A stretch of DNA of 64,000 nt from Glycera tridactyla. Taxonomy: Eukaryota. A model generated the notes under the pieces. The model ran no database searches. It worked only from the letters and a program-made list of their open reading frames with translations, and was not told where the DNA came from. The stretch covers positions 10,106,001 to 10,170,000 of the forward strand of contig OZ286468.1 in assembly GCA_965644265.1 (NCBI GenBank). Reading direction: 5' to 3'. This document shows positions 12,567 through 24,706 of the stretch, piece by piece. The translations under genes were made by a program, and so were the position numbers. Numbering within the stretch: the first letter of the stretch is position 1; each line of letters opens with the position of its first letter.

Positions 12567-12707
12567 CTGTAACAGATATACACACTCCAGTGAGAAATCT
12601 TTCTTCCAGTGACCAAATGTTGTCCTCCTTAACTAACGTCAATAAAACCAACCGGATCCTGTTAGTCACCCATGTCCCATTAAAATAACATTATCCACTT
12701 GATAATG

Positions 12708-14700
12708 CTAGTCCACAATAAAATCCTGTAGTCTGGATGGCCTGACTGTTCTTCTCCCTGAACGTGTCTGCTGTGATTGCCATGCATCACCCTCTGATAA
12801 TCTTGTCACTGGGTCAGCAGCTTCCGGCTCATCGTGTCCTTCACTCGAACCTTCTTGATCATTCGGCAGACCCAATATTTCCTCCACCCTCACTCCAGGG
12901 GCATCAACGGCCTCTCCTTCAGGCTCAATGTCTTCTTCCACTTCGTCTGCATGTGGTTCCTCCATATCATCTATCATCGATCCTGTGTCTTGTGATGGAT
13001 CTCCTTCCTCTACTGTATGAGTGCGAGTACCGTGTGATGGGTCTCCATCCTCTGCTGTATGAGACTGTGTAACTCGCTCACCACTTTCACATTCTTTCAT
13101 GATGCTTCAATCGGTTGAAATGAACCACCTTCCTCACTCTACTTCCTACAAGCTGTATTCTGTAGAGTGTTTCCCCCCTCACTTCGTGATCTTGTACGGC
13201 CCCTGATATGGTTTGTGTAGTTTCCTACACCAGCCTCTTTTCACATGTGGGTTGTGTAGCCAAACAATGTCCCCCACAGCAAACTGACGCCCATGGCATT
13301 TCCTGTCATACCAATCCTCCTCGTACTTCAACACTGAAGCCATCTTTCCCTGAGTCAGCTCAAAAGCTTCCTGTAATGCCTGCTGCATTTTCTTCAGATA
13401 CAGAGCCCCATCCTTATACCGCTCCATTGTGTTCCCATAGATGACGTCCAAGGGTAAACGGCTCTCCCTCCCCATCATTAGTTTCATGGGTGAGAAACCA
13501 GTACTGGATGTTCACTTGACCGATATGCCCACAGGATCTTCGGCAGGAATGTATCCCAATCTTGCTGGTGGTCCCCTACCACCACTCTCAACATACCGAT
13601 AAGTGTCCTATTAAAACGCTCTACCAACCCGTCCAATTGGGGATGATAAGGAGTTGTCCTGGTCTTGTGTATGTTCAGCATCATGCAAATCTGCTTGAGG
13701 AGGTCGGATTCAAACTCAGGTCCCTGATCCGTATGGATCTGCTCCGGCAGCCCGAACATACAAAAAACCTCATCCACCAGTTTCTGAGCCACTGTTTCTG
13801 TCTTGTGGTCAGGTAGAGCGAATGCCTCCAACCACCTGGCAAAATACTCCCCCACCACCATGATACAGGTATTGCCTTGTCGTGAAGTAGGAAGCCCACT
13901 GAGTATGTCTATGGCAATTCTCTCCATCGGATAACCTGAGGCTGCTGTCATCAATGGAGCACGTGGAGCATGAGTAGGCATTTTAGCCTGAGCGCACTGG
14001 TGGCAGGATGCACACCAAATCTTGACATCCTCCGCCTGGTTTAACCAGTGAAACCGGTCTCTTGCTTCGTCCAAAACCTTTTGATACCCTAGGTGAGCGC
14101 CTGTTGGGTCATTGTGCAACTGCTGCAAAATATCTTTCACCACTTTTGAGGTTACCACAATCTGAAACCTCTGCTCTCCTGTGTCCTGCTCTATACACCG
14201 GACCAACAAGCCATCCTGTATTTTTAGGCTATCCCATTGAGCCCATAAGCATTTCAAAAACTGTCCAGCTCCGGCTGGCAGTTCAGGTTTCTCTACCAAC
14301 TCCTCCTTCCAATGTTTCATGACACCAACTTACTTGTCCTCTGTCTGTGCTCAAGACATGTATCCAGCACCAATCATTGAGCCATCATCCTGCAAAAGAA
14401 TGGCGTTGGAATTGTGGCTACTGCAACTTCATTCCTCACTTCACTGTCAGTCTTCTGGCAAGCCACTCGCTTACCCCGTCGCCATGAGACGTCCACTTCT
14501 TCCTTCACACATCCTCCCACAATTGTAGCTGCTGCAACAAGGGCTGCCTGTTTGGATTCCGCTCGCGACTTCAATACTTGGTTGTGAGGCATTACCTCAG
14601 CCACACATGCCACATTCTCACTTACTTTTTCTGTTGATACTTCTCTCAACCTTGACATGAAGTCGGCATTTCCATGCTCCTTGCCGCTCCTATGTCGCAC
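12708..14700 (-). pseudogene. RNase H end, integrase and C-terminal tail of Gypsy-1, broken into several frames
   Basis: HNADFMSR; HHCC finger HNDPTGAHLG...CHQC; DDE residues in IDILSGLP, HTDQG and GLVERFNR; GPY motif (KPYQGPY). Confidence 0.9.
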
Positions 14701-14736
14701 ATTGAACTGGTAGACACTAAGTTGAATTGCCCATCG

Positions 14737-16902
14737 CTATCTCCTTCCTGTCGGATCACTGGCACCTTGCAAGTTTCTCAGTCCCACCAACGGCTTATGG
14801 TCAGTTACGACTTCAAATGGAAAGCCACACAAATCTGGTCGAAAATGTCGTATTGCCCAAACTATGGCCCAGAATTCTTTGTCATATACAGCCCACTTCA
14901 TCTCCTGCTTTGTTAGCAACTTGCTGCCATATGCCACGACCCCTTCGTGTCCTGCAACAGTCTTCTGCGCAAGTACAGCTCCAACCGACTTACCCGAAGC
15001 ATCCGTGTGGACAATAAAAGGCTTCCGGAAATCAGGGTACATGAGTACATGTGGAGATACCAGGGCTTCCCGTAACACCTCAAATGACGTCTGGCATGCT
15101 TCAGTCCACTCAAACTTCACCCCTTTATGTGTGAGGGCTCTTATGGGAGCCTCTATATCAGCGAATCCTCTGATATATTTGCGATAATATCCGGCCATGC
15201 CCAAGAAAGATCTCGCCTCAGCTGCTGAATTGGGCACAGGGCACTCGCGAATTTTCCGTGTGTTTTCAGGAGCAGGTTCCACGCCATCAGCTGACACTTT
15301 ATGCTCCCTGAAAAACTGACACTTTGCAGGCTTCAGCTTCAGACCATGTCTCCGCACACATTCAAAGAATTCCCTCAACAGGACTAAGTGCTCCTGTACT
15401 GATGTGCTGAACAAAATTGCATCATCTAAATAGACTAAGCATTGTTTCCAGCTGATACCTGCCAGAACGAGCTGCATAAGCCTCTGGAATGTTGCGGGAG
15501 CATTTGTCAACCCAAAAGGCATCACTTTGAACTGATACAGACCATTTGTCGTCACAAATGCAGTCTTCTCCCTGTCTTTACTTTCAACTTCGACCTGCCA
15601 ATAACCTGAAGCTAAATCCAGAGTGGAATACACATGAGCACCTCCTAAAATATCAAGGCAGTCATCAATGCGTGGTAGAGTATGTGCATCTTTCACCGTA
15701 CACGCATTCAATTCTCTGTAATCGACACAATACCGTAGAGTTCCATCCTTTTTCTTCACTAATACAATGGGCGCTGACCTTGGGCTGATACTATGTTCGA
15801 TGATACCATCCTCCAACATATCCTCTGTATGGGCTTCAACTGCTTCCCTCAGGTGGTATGGTACTCTTCTTGGAGCTTGCTTGATGGGTGCTGTTCCATC
15901 TGTCTTGATGTGATGTTGCAGTGTTTTTGTCCTCCCAACATCATGGGGTCCTGTGCTGAAGATATCAACATATTCGTCAAATAACTCTGTGGCTGTGGAT
16001 CTCTCTCTCCCCGTGAGCTTGATTGATTCAGCTGTTTCCACCAATAGTTTCTCACCTACACCCTCCTTGGATGCCCCATGCATCCGCTGTGTTCCCACAT
16101 TTACAGATGCCACTTGCATCTGCCCATGTGGCATTTCCAAAATCTCATATACACCGACATGGGACACTGTCCTCTCCACTGTGTGAAATTCACCAACTAC
16201 AACATCCTTCTGCAGTTTCAAGGCAGTATCTGTGACATTCATCACCTGCGCTATGGTGTTACCATCATTTACTGAGGCTACTGTACGGGCAAACATCAAA
16301 CCTTCACCCTGATCAACTCGGCAATTGGCTTCCATGATTCCCGTGAATCCGTCTGGCACAACCTCAGTTGCGTTGCCTGGAACCAATCTGACAGGCATAG
16401 CTCCAACCCACCGAGGTGGCACTTCCATAGTTGATTTCATCACTGCCAAACATGTTCGAGGATATACATGCCATCTGCGAAGAAAAGGGACCTGGCATGC
16501 ACCTACCTGTAAAAGGCCTTCCTTTGCATTGACAGTCATGCCCGTACTCATGATAAAATCCCAACCCAACAATAGTGGGTATGACACATTACGAGCGACA
16601 TAACAACGATGACTGGTCTCCATGCCGCCGATCCTCAATTTCGCCTCCACTATTCCTAGTAAATCTAGGGGATCTCCATTCACTGATGTAGCCATAAGCT
16701 GACCTGTCGAATCCAGTGACCGTGACTTCAAAATACGATGAGACATCATAAAATGCTCTCCCATCACTGCTATAGCTGACCCAGTATCGACCAGTGCCTT
16801 TGCTGACATACCTTCCAAATCAATCTCCACCACTGATGTCATCTCATCTTCTTTTGTCCCAGCTGGTGCTACTGCCCGAACACCGGCCTCCTTTAGTTTA
16901 AA
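14737..16902 (-). CDS. Gypsy-1 pol (protease-RT-RNase H), in the -1 frame relative to gag
   Basis: LVDTGS protease, LDLASGYWQV, MPFGL, YLDD, HTDAS; slippery TTTAAAC at 16896-16902. Confidence 0.9.
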   Translation of the reverse strand, partial: FKLKEAGVRAVAPAGTKEDEMTSVVEIDLEGMSAKALVDTGSAIAVMGEHFMMSHRILKSRSLDSTGQLMATSVNGDPLDLLGIVEAKLRIGGMETSHRCYVARNVSYPLLLGWDFIMSTGMTVNAKEGLLQVGACQVPFLRRWHVYPRTCLAVMKSTMEVPPRWVGAMPVRLVPGNATEVVPDGFTGIMEANCRVDQGEGLMFARTVASVNDGNTIAQVMNVTDTALKLQKDVVVGEFHTVERTVSHVGVYEILEMPHGQMQVASVNVGTQRMHGASKEGVGEKLLVETAESIKLTGRERSTATELFDEYVDIFSTGPHDVGRTKTLQHHIKTDGTAPIKQAPRRVPYHLREAVEAHTEDMLEDGIIEHSISPRSAPIVLVKKKDGTLRYCVDYRELNACTVKDAHTLPRIDDCLDILGGAHVYSTLDLASGYWQVEVESKDREKTAFVTTNGLYQFKVMPFGLTNAPATFQRLMQLVLAGISWKQCLVYLDDAILFSTSVQEHLVLLREFFECVRRHGLKLKPAKCQFFREHKVSADGVEPAPENTRKIRECPVPNSAAEARSFLGMAGYYRKYIRGFADIEAPIRALTHKGVKFEWTEACQTSFEVLREALVSPHVLMYPDFRKPFIVHTDASGKSVGAVLAQKTVAGHEGVVAYGSKLLTKQEMKWAVYDKEFWAIVWAIRHFRPDLCGFPFEVVTDHKPLVGLRNLQGASDPTGRR

Positions 16903-17796
16903 GGAGCCGATGGGCAGTCACGCGCAAAATGGCCCCTACCCCCACAGTTGTAACATGACTACAAATTACGGCCAGAAGTACTCATCCCTGTCTGTCCTCT
17001 ACCACGACCACGTCCTCTTCCACGGCCACGATTCTGTCCCCGCCATTGATTACCACGAGGGCATTCCCTGGCAAAATGGCCTACCTGACCACATGTAAAG
17101 CATCCTCGTTCAGTCGCCCCTTGCGACTGCATTTTTGTCTGAACAGCCAGGACTTGCTGTACAGAAGTTCCCAGCTCCGACATCTCCTCCGCCAGTTTAT
17201 CATACTTCGAGTCCATCGGATTTGACATGGCTGTGGCAGATCCTACTTCAACTGCATTTACTGATGAGTCATGGTCATGTAGCAACTCATACTTGACTGC
17301 TTTGCGAATGGCCTCATCAATTGTTTTTGGTTCCTTTGATCGAATCTTCTTCCCAAAAGACAACCCATCACAAAAGTGTGTCATCACCAAATCTGTCTTT
17401 GCTTCTATGTTATATTTTGGATAGGCCCTCTCCACCAGTCTTTCTAAGCTCAGCGAAGACAGCCAGGTTCTCCCCTTCCATGCATTTTCTCTTGGACAAT
17501 TGTGCCCGAAAAGCATCAATCAATGCGTCAGACTGGAAGGCTTCTACAAACTGTGCCTTAATGTACTGATAAGGAGATTTCTTGTCAGTGGTCTTGGAAG
17601 GAATTTCAATTGATTTGTATAACGCAAATGCTGGGTCACCCGATAATGTGGGGAACATTTTCAATCGGTCGCCATCTTCCATGTCTGATAAGGATGACCA
17701 TAATTCAAACCTCTCTATCCAGGTCAAGAAATCATCACCTTGGTTGCCCTCAAATGGTTTTGGGATGCTCCCATATTTCAAGAAACTGCTCTCCAT
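16893..17796 (-). pseudogene. Gypsy-1 gag (one frameshift, one premature TAG) with two CCHC knuckles
   Basis: IPKPFEG...WIERFE; CFTCGQVGHFARECP; a second knuckle CYNCGGRGHFARDCP lies beyond the TAG at 16959-16961. Confidence 0.85.
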
Positions 17797-18127
17797 TGTT
17801 GTGTGTATTGAAACTACAGACTGATCAATATATATGTTCTACAATTAACACTATTTTAGTATGAAAACACCCCTGTTATAGCCGCATGCTACCACCAGTG
17901 AGTGACACTTGATCAAGTTCAATCAAGAAGAATCATGTTTCCACACAGACACATAGCAGAACAAATATATATACAACTTCTATAACTGACACATGTCAAC
18001 GCAATACATCAGCACTGTTCAGTCCCAGTTCATCAACAATCTGTCAAACGATCATCTCATTCCAATCTGCCACCTGCAGATACATCCAACTCTCTCATTT
18101 GGGTTCTCCTGTCATCTACAGAAGCAA

Positions 18128-18142
18128 CCACCGCTGCCACCA
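18128..18142 (-). promoter_or_regulatory. Primer binding site, tRNA-Leu type (TGGTGGCAGCGGTGG)
   Basis: 3 nt after the 5' LTR; complementary to the recalled tRNA-Leu 3' end ...CCACCGCTGCCACCA. Confidence 0.8.
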
Positions 18143-18145
18143 AAA

Positions 18146-18361
18146 TGTTAGGTCCCTCTTTCTAGGTACTCACCATGTATGAGTAGGGAACCTTCAGGAA
18201 CCACTGGGCTCTCGAGTCCAAACTCTTCCTTTGTGCGTTGTCACCAGCGCTCCACTGTGGACTGCCTGAACAAAGCTCTCTTCGCGCCAATTTACGTCAC
18301 TTCGGGTTGCACCTCGCATACAGACGCTCTTCTCGATTTACCTCATAGTCAGATGCTCACA
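18146..18361 (-). repeat. 5' LTR of Gypsy-1
   Basis: Direct repeat of 11263-11478, followed by the PBS. Confidence 0.95.
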
Positions 18362-18425
18362 TGATCATGTCACTCTTTCGGGCGGACTATTTTCGTGTAT
18401 GGCGTTTATGATATTTAATTCATTT

Positions 18426-18620
18426 TCATGTAAAATGGTCCCTGTTATTCAGTGTGATACATAGATAGTTTGCTGATGTTTCCTCTTCTAACATCTGATT
18501 CTGACCACTAAGCAAGAACATATAGCTAAACAGTTGTTTCTGACGCGTGAGTTGGAGCACGCTGTATTTTTCGACATTAAATCGAATGCTCCCCATTTCA
18601 TCAAGTTGTCTAGGTCCAAT
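18426..18620 (-). pseudogene. Small degenerate CR1/L2-like RT fragment
   Basis: IRFNVEKYSVL...NYLCITLN resembles the FNxxKC...YLGV segment of LINE RTs. Confidence 0.45.
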
Positions 18621-18779
18621 TGGAGCTGATCCTGATCTCATGACCCCTACGTTGGTGACGTTTCTAACGTTGGCCCTGATTGCTATCTAGGCGGGAGAGT
18701 TGATCAAAGTAACATTGAAAAGATAGGAATTACTTTTAGGGTGTTCCATGGCTTCCGTGGACTAGTCTTACCGATCAAA

Positions 18780-18918
18780 ATGGCCGCGCCCACATCTTCT
18801 CCGGTGGTGAAAGTTTTGCCGACAGATTCCGAAGTTTCTTCGGCTGCCTGCAAGCATGTCATTCAAATTGCCAACAAGGCGATAGAAGAGCGTGGGAAGT
18901 TTGTACTTGCTGTTTCAG
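18780..18918 (+). CDS. PGLS: 6-phosphogluconolactonase exon 1
   Basis: MAAPTSSP...ERGKFVLAVS G|gtgcga; phase 1. Confidence 0.92.
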
Positions 18919-19199
18919 GTGCGAACTTACGCGCTTTGTTATTCACTTGCAGGAATGAATTGAGAACAGGCGGTGCAGTCAGCACTCTACTGGTCAGCTA
19001 GTGGGAACATGGGGCTCAAGTTTCCCATCTTCTACACCTCGTTCCGCGCGCCTGTGGCTCAAGTGAAGTTTGATGATTCAATTCAATTCTAAATTCATGA
19101 CTTATTGCATCACACACACCCACCGTCACCCCCCCCCCACACACACACACACAATCAGGTCGCAGACCACATCCAGAGCGACAGAGAGTGCCAGGTGTG

Positions 19200-19590
19200 C
19201 GGGAACAGCATGTTCAAGGAGTCTTTGAGTACCAAGACGAGGGGTCACAGTCACAAGTTGCAGCTACAACACCAGATCGGACCAAGGAAAAACTTCTTTG
19301 CAGCAAGAGCAACACAGGCTTGGAACAACCTAAGTCAGGACACAGTCGAGGCTCCAACAATCAACGCCTTCAAGAACAGGCTCAGCAAGGAGTGGGAAAG
19401 CAAGGAAAACATGTACAAGTACACTTTCTCTTACTGAGCGACGAACGACCTCACGCACTGCGCTCAGTATTATTCTTGCTAGGACGTGGTACTCAACGGA
19501 AGAAGAGGATCCACATAAACCTTGGTATAGGTCTCAATACCCTCATCGGGTAATATAATGACCGTACTTGAGGTAAATACATCCAAATTG
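19200..19590 (+). pseudogene. 3' end of a CR1/L2-type LINE in PGLS intron 1
   Basis: TRGHSHKL...RKNFFAARATQAWNNL...APTINAFKNRL..W, the typical CR1/L2 terminal motif. Confidence 0.75.
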
Positions 19591-21369
19591 GCAAACGTTG
19601 GCCATTTGAGCAGGGTTGGCCAATAAGCCAAGTCGGAGTCCCGGGTGGTCTCGCGACAGGTACCTCTTCTCGCGTGATTTCACGCGAGAGCAGGGGTGTA
19701 AATATGGGACCTGTCACGGCCGAGATGACGAGTGTGATCGTGCAACACACTCGAAAATATGACATTCACCTAGATTTATCTCAACAATAAAGTATGCTAG
19801 AATTATGTCCTCTATACCAATGAATAAAAGGGGAATAGTTTAATCTAGATTCATAGGCTTCACCTTGATTTATCGAATTGTCTTGTCGCAATTTGCACAG
19901 GAAAAAGTGCCGATTTTAGGGAAAAGTTTTACTCCAATCCCGAGATTGACATTTCGAAAATATGGTGATCTGTAACTCTCGATAACTCACGAAATTCTGA
20001 GGTTATTCAAAAACCGAAAAGACCTACAGAAACCCCATGTTCTGGAGATGAAGCTTGTCCGATATCGAGCATTTGGGTGCAGATTCAGTTGTCTTAATTC
20101 ATCAGTTAATTTGAGGTGTTTTGAGAAAGTAAATCACCCACTCGCTGCCGCTTGTGGATGTGGTCATCAACTTCAAAGAGTTCTTTTATCAATTCAGTAT
20201 GGTTATTGAACATAACACAGATACAGGCGGGTGTAGAATATTGTTGTGAATGTATATTCATTAGTTGTGAAGTGATAGTCACAAGATGAGAGGAATAATC
20301 CATGTTTTTACAGGGGCAAGTTTATTTCTCGTCCTGCGAGCTCGGCCATATTGCCGTGAGCAGCATCGGTATTACACCCCTTGCTCTTGTTAATCCCCCG
20401 TGACCCCGATGACCTCCGCATGCGCAGAACGTCACTGTGATGCACTTATTGACGGACGGGAAATACCCTGATCATGTGACCGCGCTAAAAATAGATTTTG
20501 ATAAAATCGCAGATATTCGCAAATAGTGGCCATATACTGATAAATACTCCAACTTCCATCAGTAAACTTCCATTCAGTAAAGGAGAAATCTGAACACACT
20601 TGGTTATTTACTAAAAACTCACTCATCACTGCAGGGTGTACTGAAATCCCAGTACGCCCTGTGATAACAGTGCACCCACCATCCTGTGATTCCAGTACGC
20701 CCTGTGATTTCAGTACATGTATACTGGAATAACAGGCCAGGCCCCAACCTTGTGATTGGAACTCACCTCCCCCAGACACTATACTGAAGGACAAGATGGG
20801 GGGCTTTAGAGTGGCTCTCGCTGCAGGACGCTACTAAGAACGCCTGCCTCGTTCTCCTCTCCCAATGTGTGATTCTGCAAAGCCCTACGTTTAACACTTT
20901 CGGAATCAATGAATCACACGACACACACAGAAAGCAGTAGGAAAGAGGGTATGCATAGATGTGTAAACCAAACCAGTCTGAGTATGCTATCCTTGACCTG
21001 TTCAGCATGGGTTCTGTGTACTAAAAAGTTACTTGAACACGCATTTGAATCATCTGTGGTATCATTGGTTTTCATTTTCAGCAAATTTTTCAACAAAGCT
21101 GAAATACAATTACCAAAAGCACTTGAAATCAGAGGGAAGTCTAAGTGTCAGATCCACAGCTTTCGGAAGTATATGTTGATAGTTTAAGGAGATCCGCCCA
21201 CATTTCGCCCACAATTAGTCAGTCAAATCTCTAGATTGTATCTGAACACTGAGAATTCCCTTCTGACTTTAGAAGTCTGTCATATTTCTGCAGGTAGCGA
21301 TAGTATCAGGGCTGATTGGTTGTGTTGTACTGTGCTCTATGATCAAGCAGAATATCATTCTTTTCACAG

Positions 21370-21570
21370 GTGGAAGTGTTGCGAAATATATGGCAAATAA
21401 CCTCCCTAAGGAACAAACTGACTGGTCCAAATGGCGAATGTATTTCTGTGATGAGCGGCATGTTGCTTTTGATGATCCTGAATGCACGTACACAATCTAT
21501 AAGAACGGTTTGATGTCCAAAGTGCCGCTGCCCGAGAAGAATGTCTTCTCAGATAATTACAGTGTATCTG
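21370..21570 (+). CDS. PGLS: 6-phosphogluconolactonase exon 2
   Basis: ttttcacag|GT GGA AGT; GGS...WRMYFCDERHV; donor G|gtatgt; 201 nt keeps phase. Confidence 0.92.
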
Positions 21571-21593
21571 GTATGTACATTTATTGCTTAATA

Positions 21594-22162
21594 ATCCCTC
21601 ACTGAAAGGCGTAGGGATATTAAAATAGTGGCCATCCGTCACACTTTCTTGGCTGCACAAGTCCTCATTCATTTTACGTGCGATTTTCACCAAACTTTCA
21701 CAGAATGATCATCATAAGGTTATGCAGTGCATATTGTCAGGGTTTCTTGATCAACTTATTTTTTTTAGATGTTATTGCCCTTTTTTTGAATTTTACATGT
21801 GAATCATTGGCTGCGCAACTCCTCCTTCATTTTACATGTGACTTTCACCAAACTTCCACAGAATGATCATAATAAGGTTCTGCAGTGCATATTGTCAGGG
21901 TTTTGTGATTGAATCACTTTTGAAGGAGTTATTGCCCATTTATTGATTTTACATGCAGTTTTTGGCATATTTTGGCACATTCACTATGTCTGAAGTGTGC
22001 AATATCTCCCTGAAATGAACAACTTTGCCCTCATTGATAGGTCAGCTTCTCCATTCTCCTGTTGTTCATACTTGTATTATGTAAGGCCTATACAACTATT
22101 CTGAACTATTTGTGAAAAAGCACCCATGGCGAGGGATACACTGTCTGTGACAGCTTCTTGTT
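21594..22162. mobile_element. Helentron-associated non-autonomous element (HINE/DINE-1-like) in PGLS intron 2
   Basis: 5' subTIR ATCCCTC with nearby inverted AGGGAT, CCATCCGTC, internal tandem duplication, 3' subTIR GAGGGAT plus hairpin ctgtc-tgt-gacag and a T-rich end. Confidence 0.65.
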
Positions 22163-22796
22163 CTCATAGGAACAGCTTGGTCTCCAAGCCCAAGTGATGG
22201 TGGGGTCACAATTCAATAAATGGGGTAGAAGTTTGCTCTAACATCATATTGACCGTGTACCATAAAACATGGTAGAGAAAGGGCTAGCTGTCATGAGTCC
22301 ATGAATAGAATATTGCTTTAAATTGCTACACTGATACCATGCTCAATATCAAAATGGCCGTATGGATTATGGATAAATGCCAGATTTTATTGATCGATCA
22401 ACTGGTGTGGTATCAGATTACCATATTACTGGATTTCAGATTTTCCATAATTTCATGTGTCTTTCACGTCATTCACAAGCCCATGATATTGATACCTAAT
22501 AAATCTTTTGAAAAGTCCTCAAACTTTGCAATGGTTTAGTATGAGCCATGGCACATGTTTTTTTTTCTTCAAACTTTACTTCTAATATCCAAGCAGATAT
22601 GGTTCTGTTCTCTGTGGACCAACATGCCACAGGTCCTGCATATGCAACTATGACTCTGCCATTATGCAAACATGTGGCTCCCTGACTTCCCTAATTTGCG
22701 TATGATATTTGTAATGAATTTACAAGTTCTACCAGTAAGTTTATCAACTGGACTATCACAACATGTAGTCACCCAGTTCAAATCATGTTGTTTCAG

Positions 22797-22939
22797 TTGA
22801 AGAGGCTGCTAAAGAGTATGAAAGCAAGCTGCGAGCAGAGTTTGCGGGCTGTGAGTTGCCAGAGTTTGATCTCCTCTTGTTAGGGATGGGACCGGATGGA
22901 CACACCTGCTCACTATTCCCAGGACACCCGCTACTGGAG
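22797..22939 (+). CDS. PGLS: 6-phosphogluconolactonase exon 3
   Basis: tttcag|TT GAA; [25 protein letters not shown] signature; donor gtgcgt. Confidence 0.95.
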
Positions 22940-23035
22940 GTGCGTCATCTAAGTTGCAAATGACAGCCACTCTCTCTTTCTTGTAAAGACCACAGGTTCT
23001 ATGATGACTCACTTATTTCAGGACCAGCCCTAGTA

Positions 23036-23213
23036 CAGTGAAACCTGTCTTGGGAGACCCCTCTTTTGGGAGATCACCCTCTAATGGGAGACCGCTCTTC
23101 ATCGGCTCTTCTCTATCTGACATAGTCAGATATACCTCCAATGAGAGACCATCTGTCTTGAGAGACCACTTTTCGTCGGCATTTGGGGCGGTCTCCCAAG
23201 ACAGGTTTCACTG
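23036..23213. mobile_element. MITE with long TIRs CAGTGAAACCTGTCTTGGGAGAC and TA TSD, in PGLS intron 3
   Basis: 23-bp perfect TIRs and flanking TA read directly. Confidence 0.9.
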
Positions 23214-24485
23214 TACTGTGATTTCGCAGTTTACATTTGTCTGGAACCTATTTAAACCTGAATCATGACTAAGTTGTCAAAGCATAAAAGACCATTTTCC
23301 CAGCTATGATGATAGTCGATTGAAGCTTATCAAATAAAGATGATAGTTTCATAAGTGTTCACTTGACCATCCAGTTGGCAGTATCAGTATTCAACAGGTT
23401 GAGTAAAGGAGAAGGACACGTTTTACTGAAAGCTTCGTACCGTGAAAATCGTCTACAAATGAAAATTTCTTGGTTTTCTGAAGCATATCTACAAATTTGG
23501 TGTGCTAATTAAGACAAGATACAGTGAAATTATCTGGAAATGGCAAGTGTTGGATATCTAATGGCGAAATTAAGTTCAATGAGAAACCTCTTTTGAAAGT
23601 CCACTCAGTAGGTCCAGACAAACTAACATGACTTAGCTGTACCCTGTAAGCAAGAATGCATGGCGATCAAGAATACCAAGTCATATTTCACTTGGTGGTC
23701 CTGCCATGGGATCTCACAAGGCATAGCACAAAAAGATGGACACAGGCCTGTGTGATTTTTTTCTAGTCATCATCCCTGAGAGAATATTGTTCTGCCACAT
23801 CAAACTAGATTTGAATACGACAGAGGAAATTCCCGATCACTTGGAATTTGACGACATTTCTTGGATAGCAGTAATTGTACATAGAATTTATGTAGTGATG
23901 TCAATGAGATGAAGCAAAATATTTGGCAATATGGAAACATTTCCTTAAACTACCCCCACACATCATAAAATATTCGGGTTCTGAAACCCCCAACCAGATT
24001 TCAGCCATTTCTGAAATTGATATTTTTTACCCAATTTTAGGATTTCCGACATTTTCCGGAAAATTGGCAACACTGTTTATGTAATAATCCATTCGTGACA
24101 AATTCTAAATTGAAATTTCTCCAAAAATCATCGAATCTTCATGAGGTGTGAATCACCAGTTTCAGTGTCATTTGTAGCATTTATAGTGCCCTAATATAGC
24201 ATATTTGTTGTGTACCTTTTGTCTCAATTCTGTGAGGGATCCTTACATGGACCTGTAGGAGTACATTTCTATATCACATTCCAATTTCAAAATCTGAGTA
24301 GTTTATTGCTACTTTGAGCCCTCATCCCAGCTTAGGGCTGCCAGACTGGCACAGGCAGGTGAATTTGTTGTTTTAGCAGGTGATTTTATCAGTCTGCCTG
24401 CCTGATGGGCAGGTACTGAACCAATATGACGGTAAGTCTATGTAAAAGCCATCTTTGATGACTGAAACTTGTATTGTATTTTCAG

Positions 24486-24626
24486 GAGAAGACCAAGTGG
24501 GTTGCGCCGATCAGTGATTCTCCCAAGCCTCCCCCACGGAGGATCACATTGACATTCCCAGCCATCAATAATGCCAAGGCAGCTATGTATATATCATGTG
24601 GCAGTGGCAAGGCCGAGACGGTTCAG
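24486..24626 (+). CDS. PGLS: 6-phosphogluconolactonase exon 4
   Basis: ttttcag|GAG; WVAPISDSPKPPPRRITLTFPAINNA...GKAETVQ|gtgggt. Confidence 0.95.
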
Positions 24627-24706
24627 GTGGGTAATGAAGATGATCTCAGTCCTGACGACTGCGGTAGAGACAAAACTGCATGCCATGCATTCAAAACACA
24701 CTTTTT

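Larger units (their letters stand above)
11263..18361 (-). mobile_element. Ty3/Gypsy LTR retrotransposon (Gypsy-1), full-length but decayed, with an extra 3' ORF
   Basis: 216-bp TG...CA LTRs (13 mismatches counted by eye), 4-bp TSD TGAT, PBS, PPT, gag-PR-RT-RH-IN order. Confidence 0.95.
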
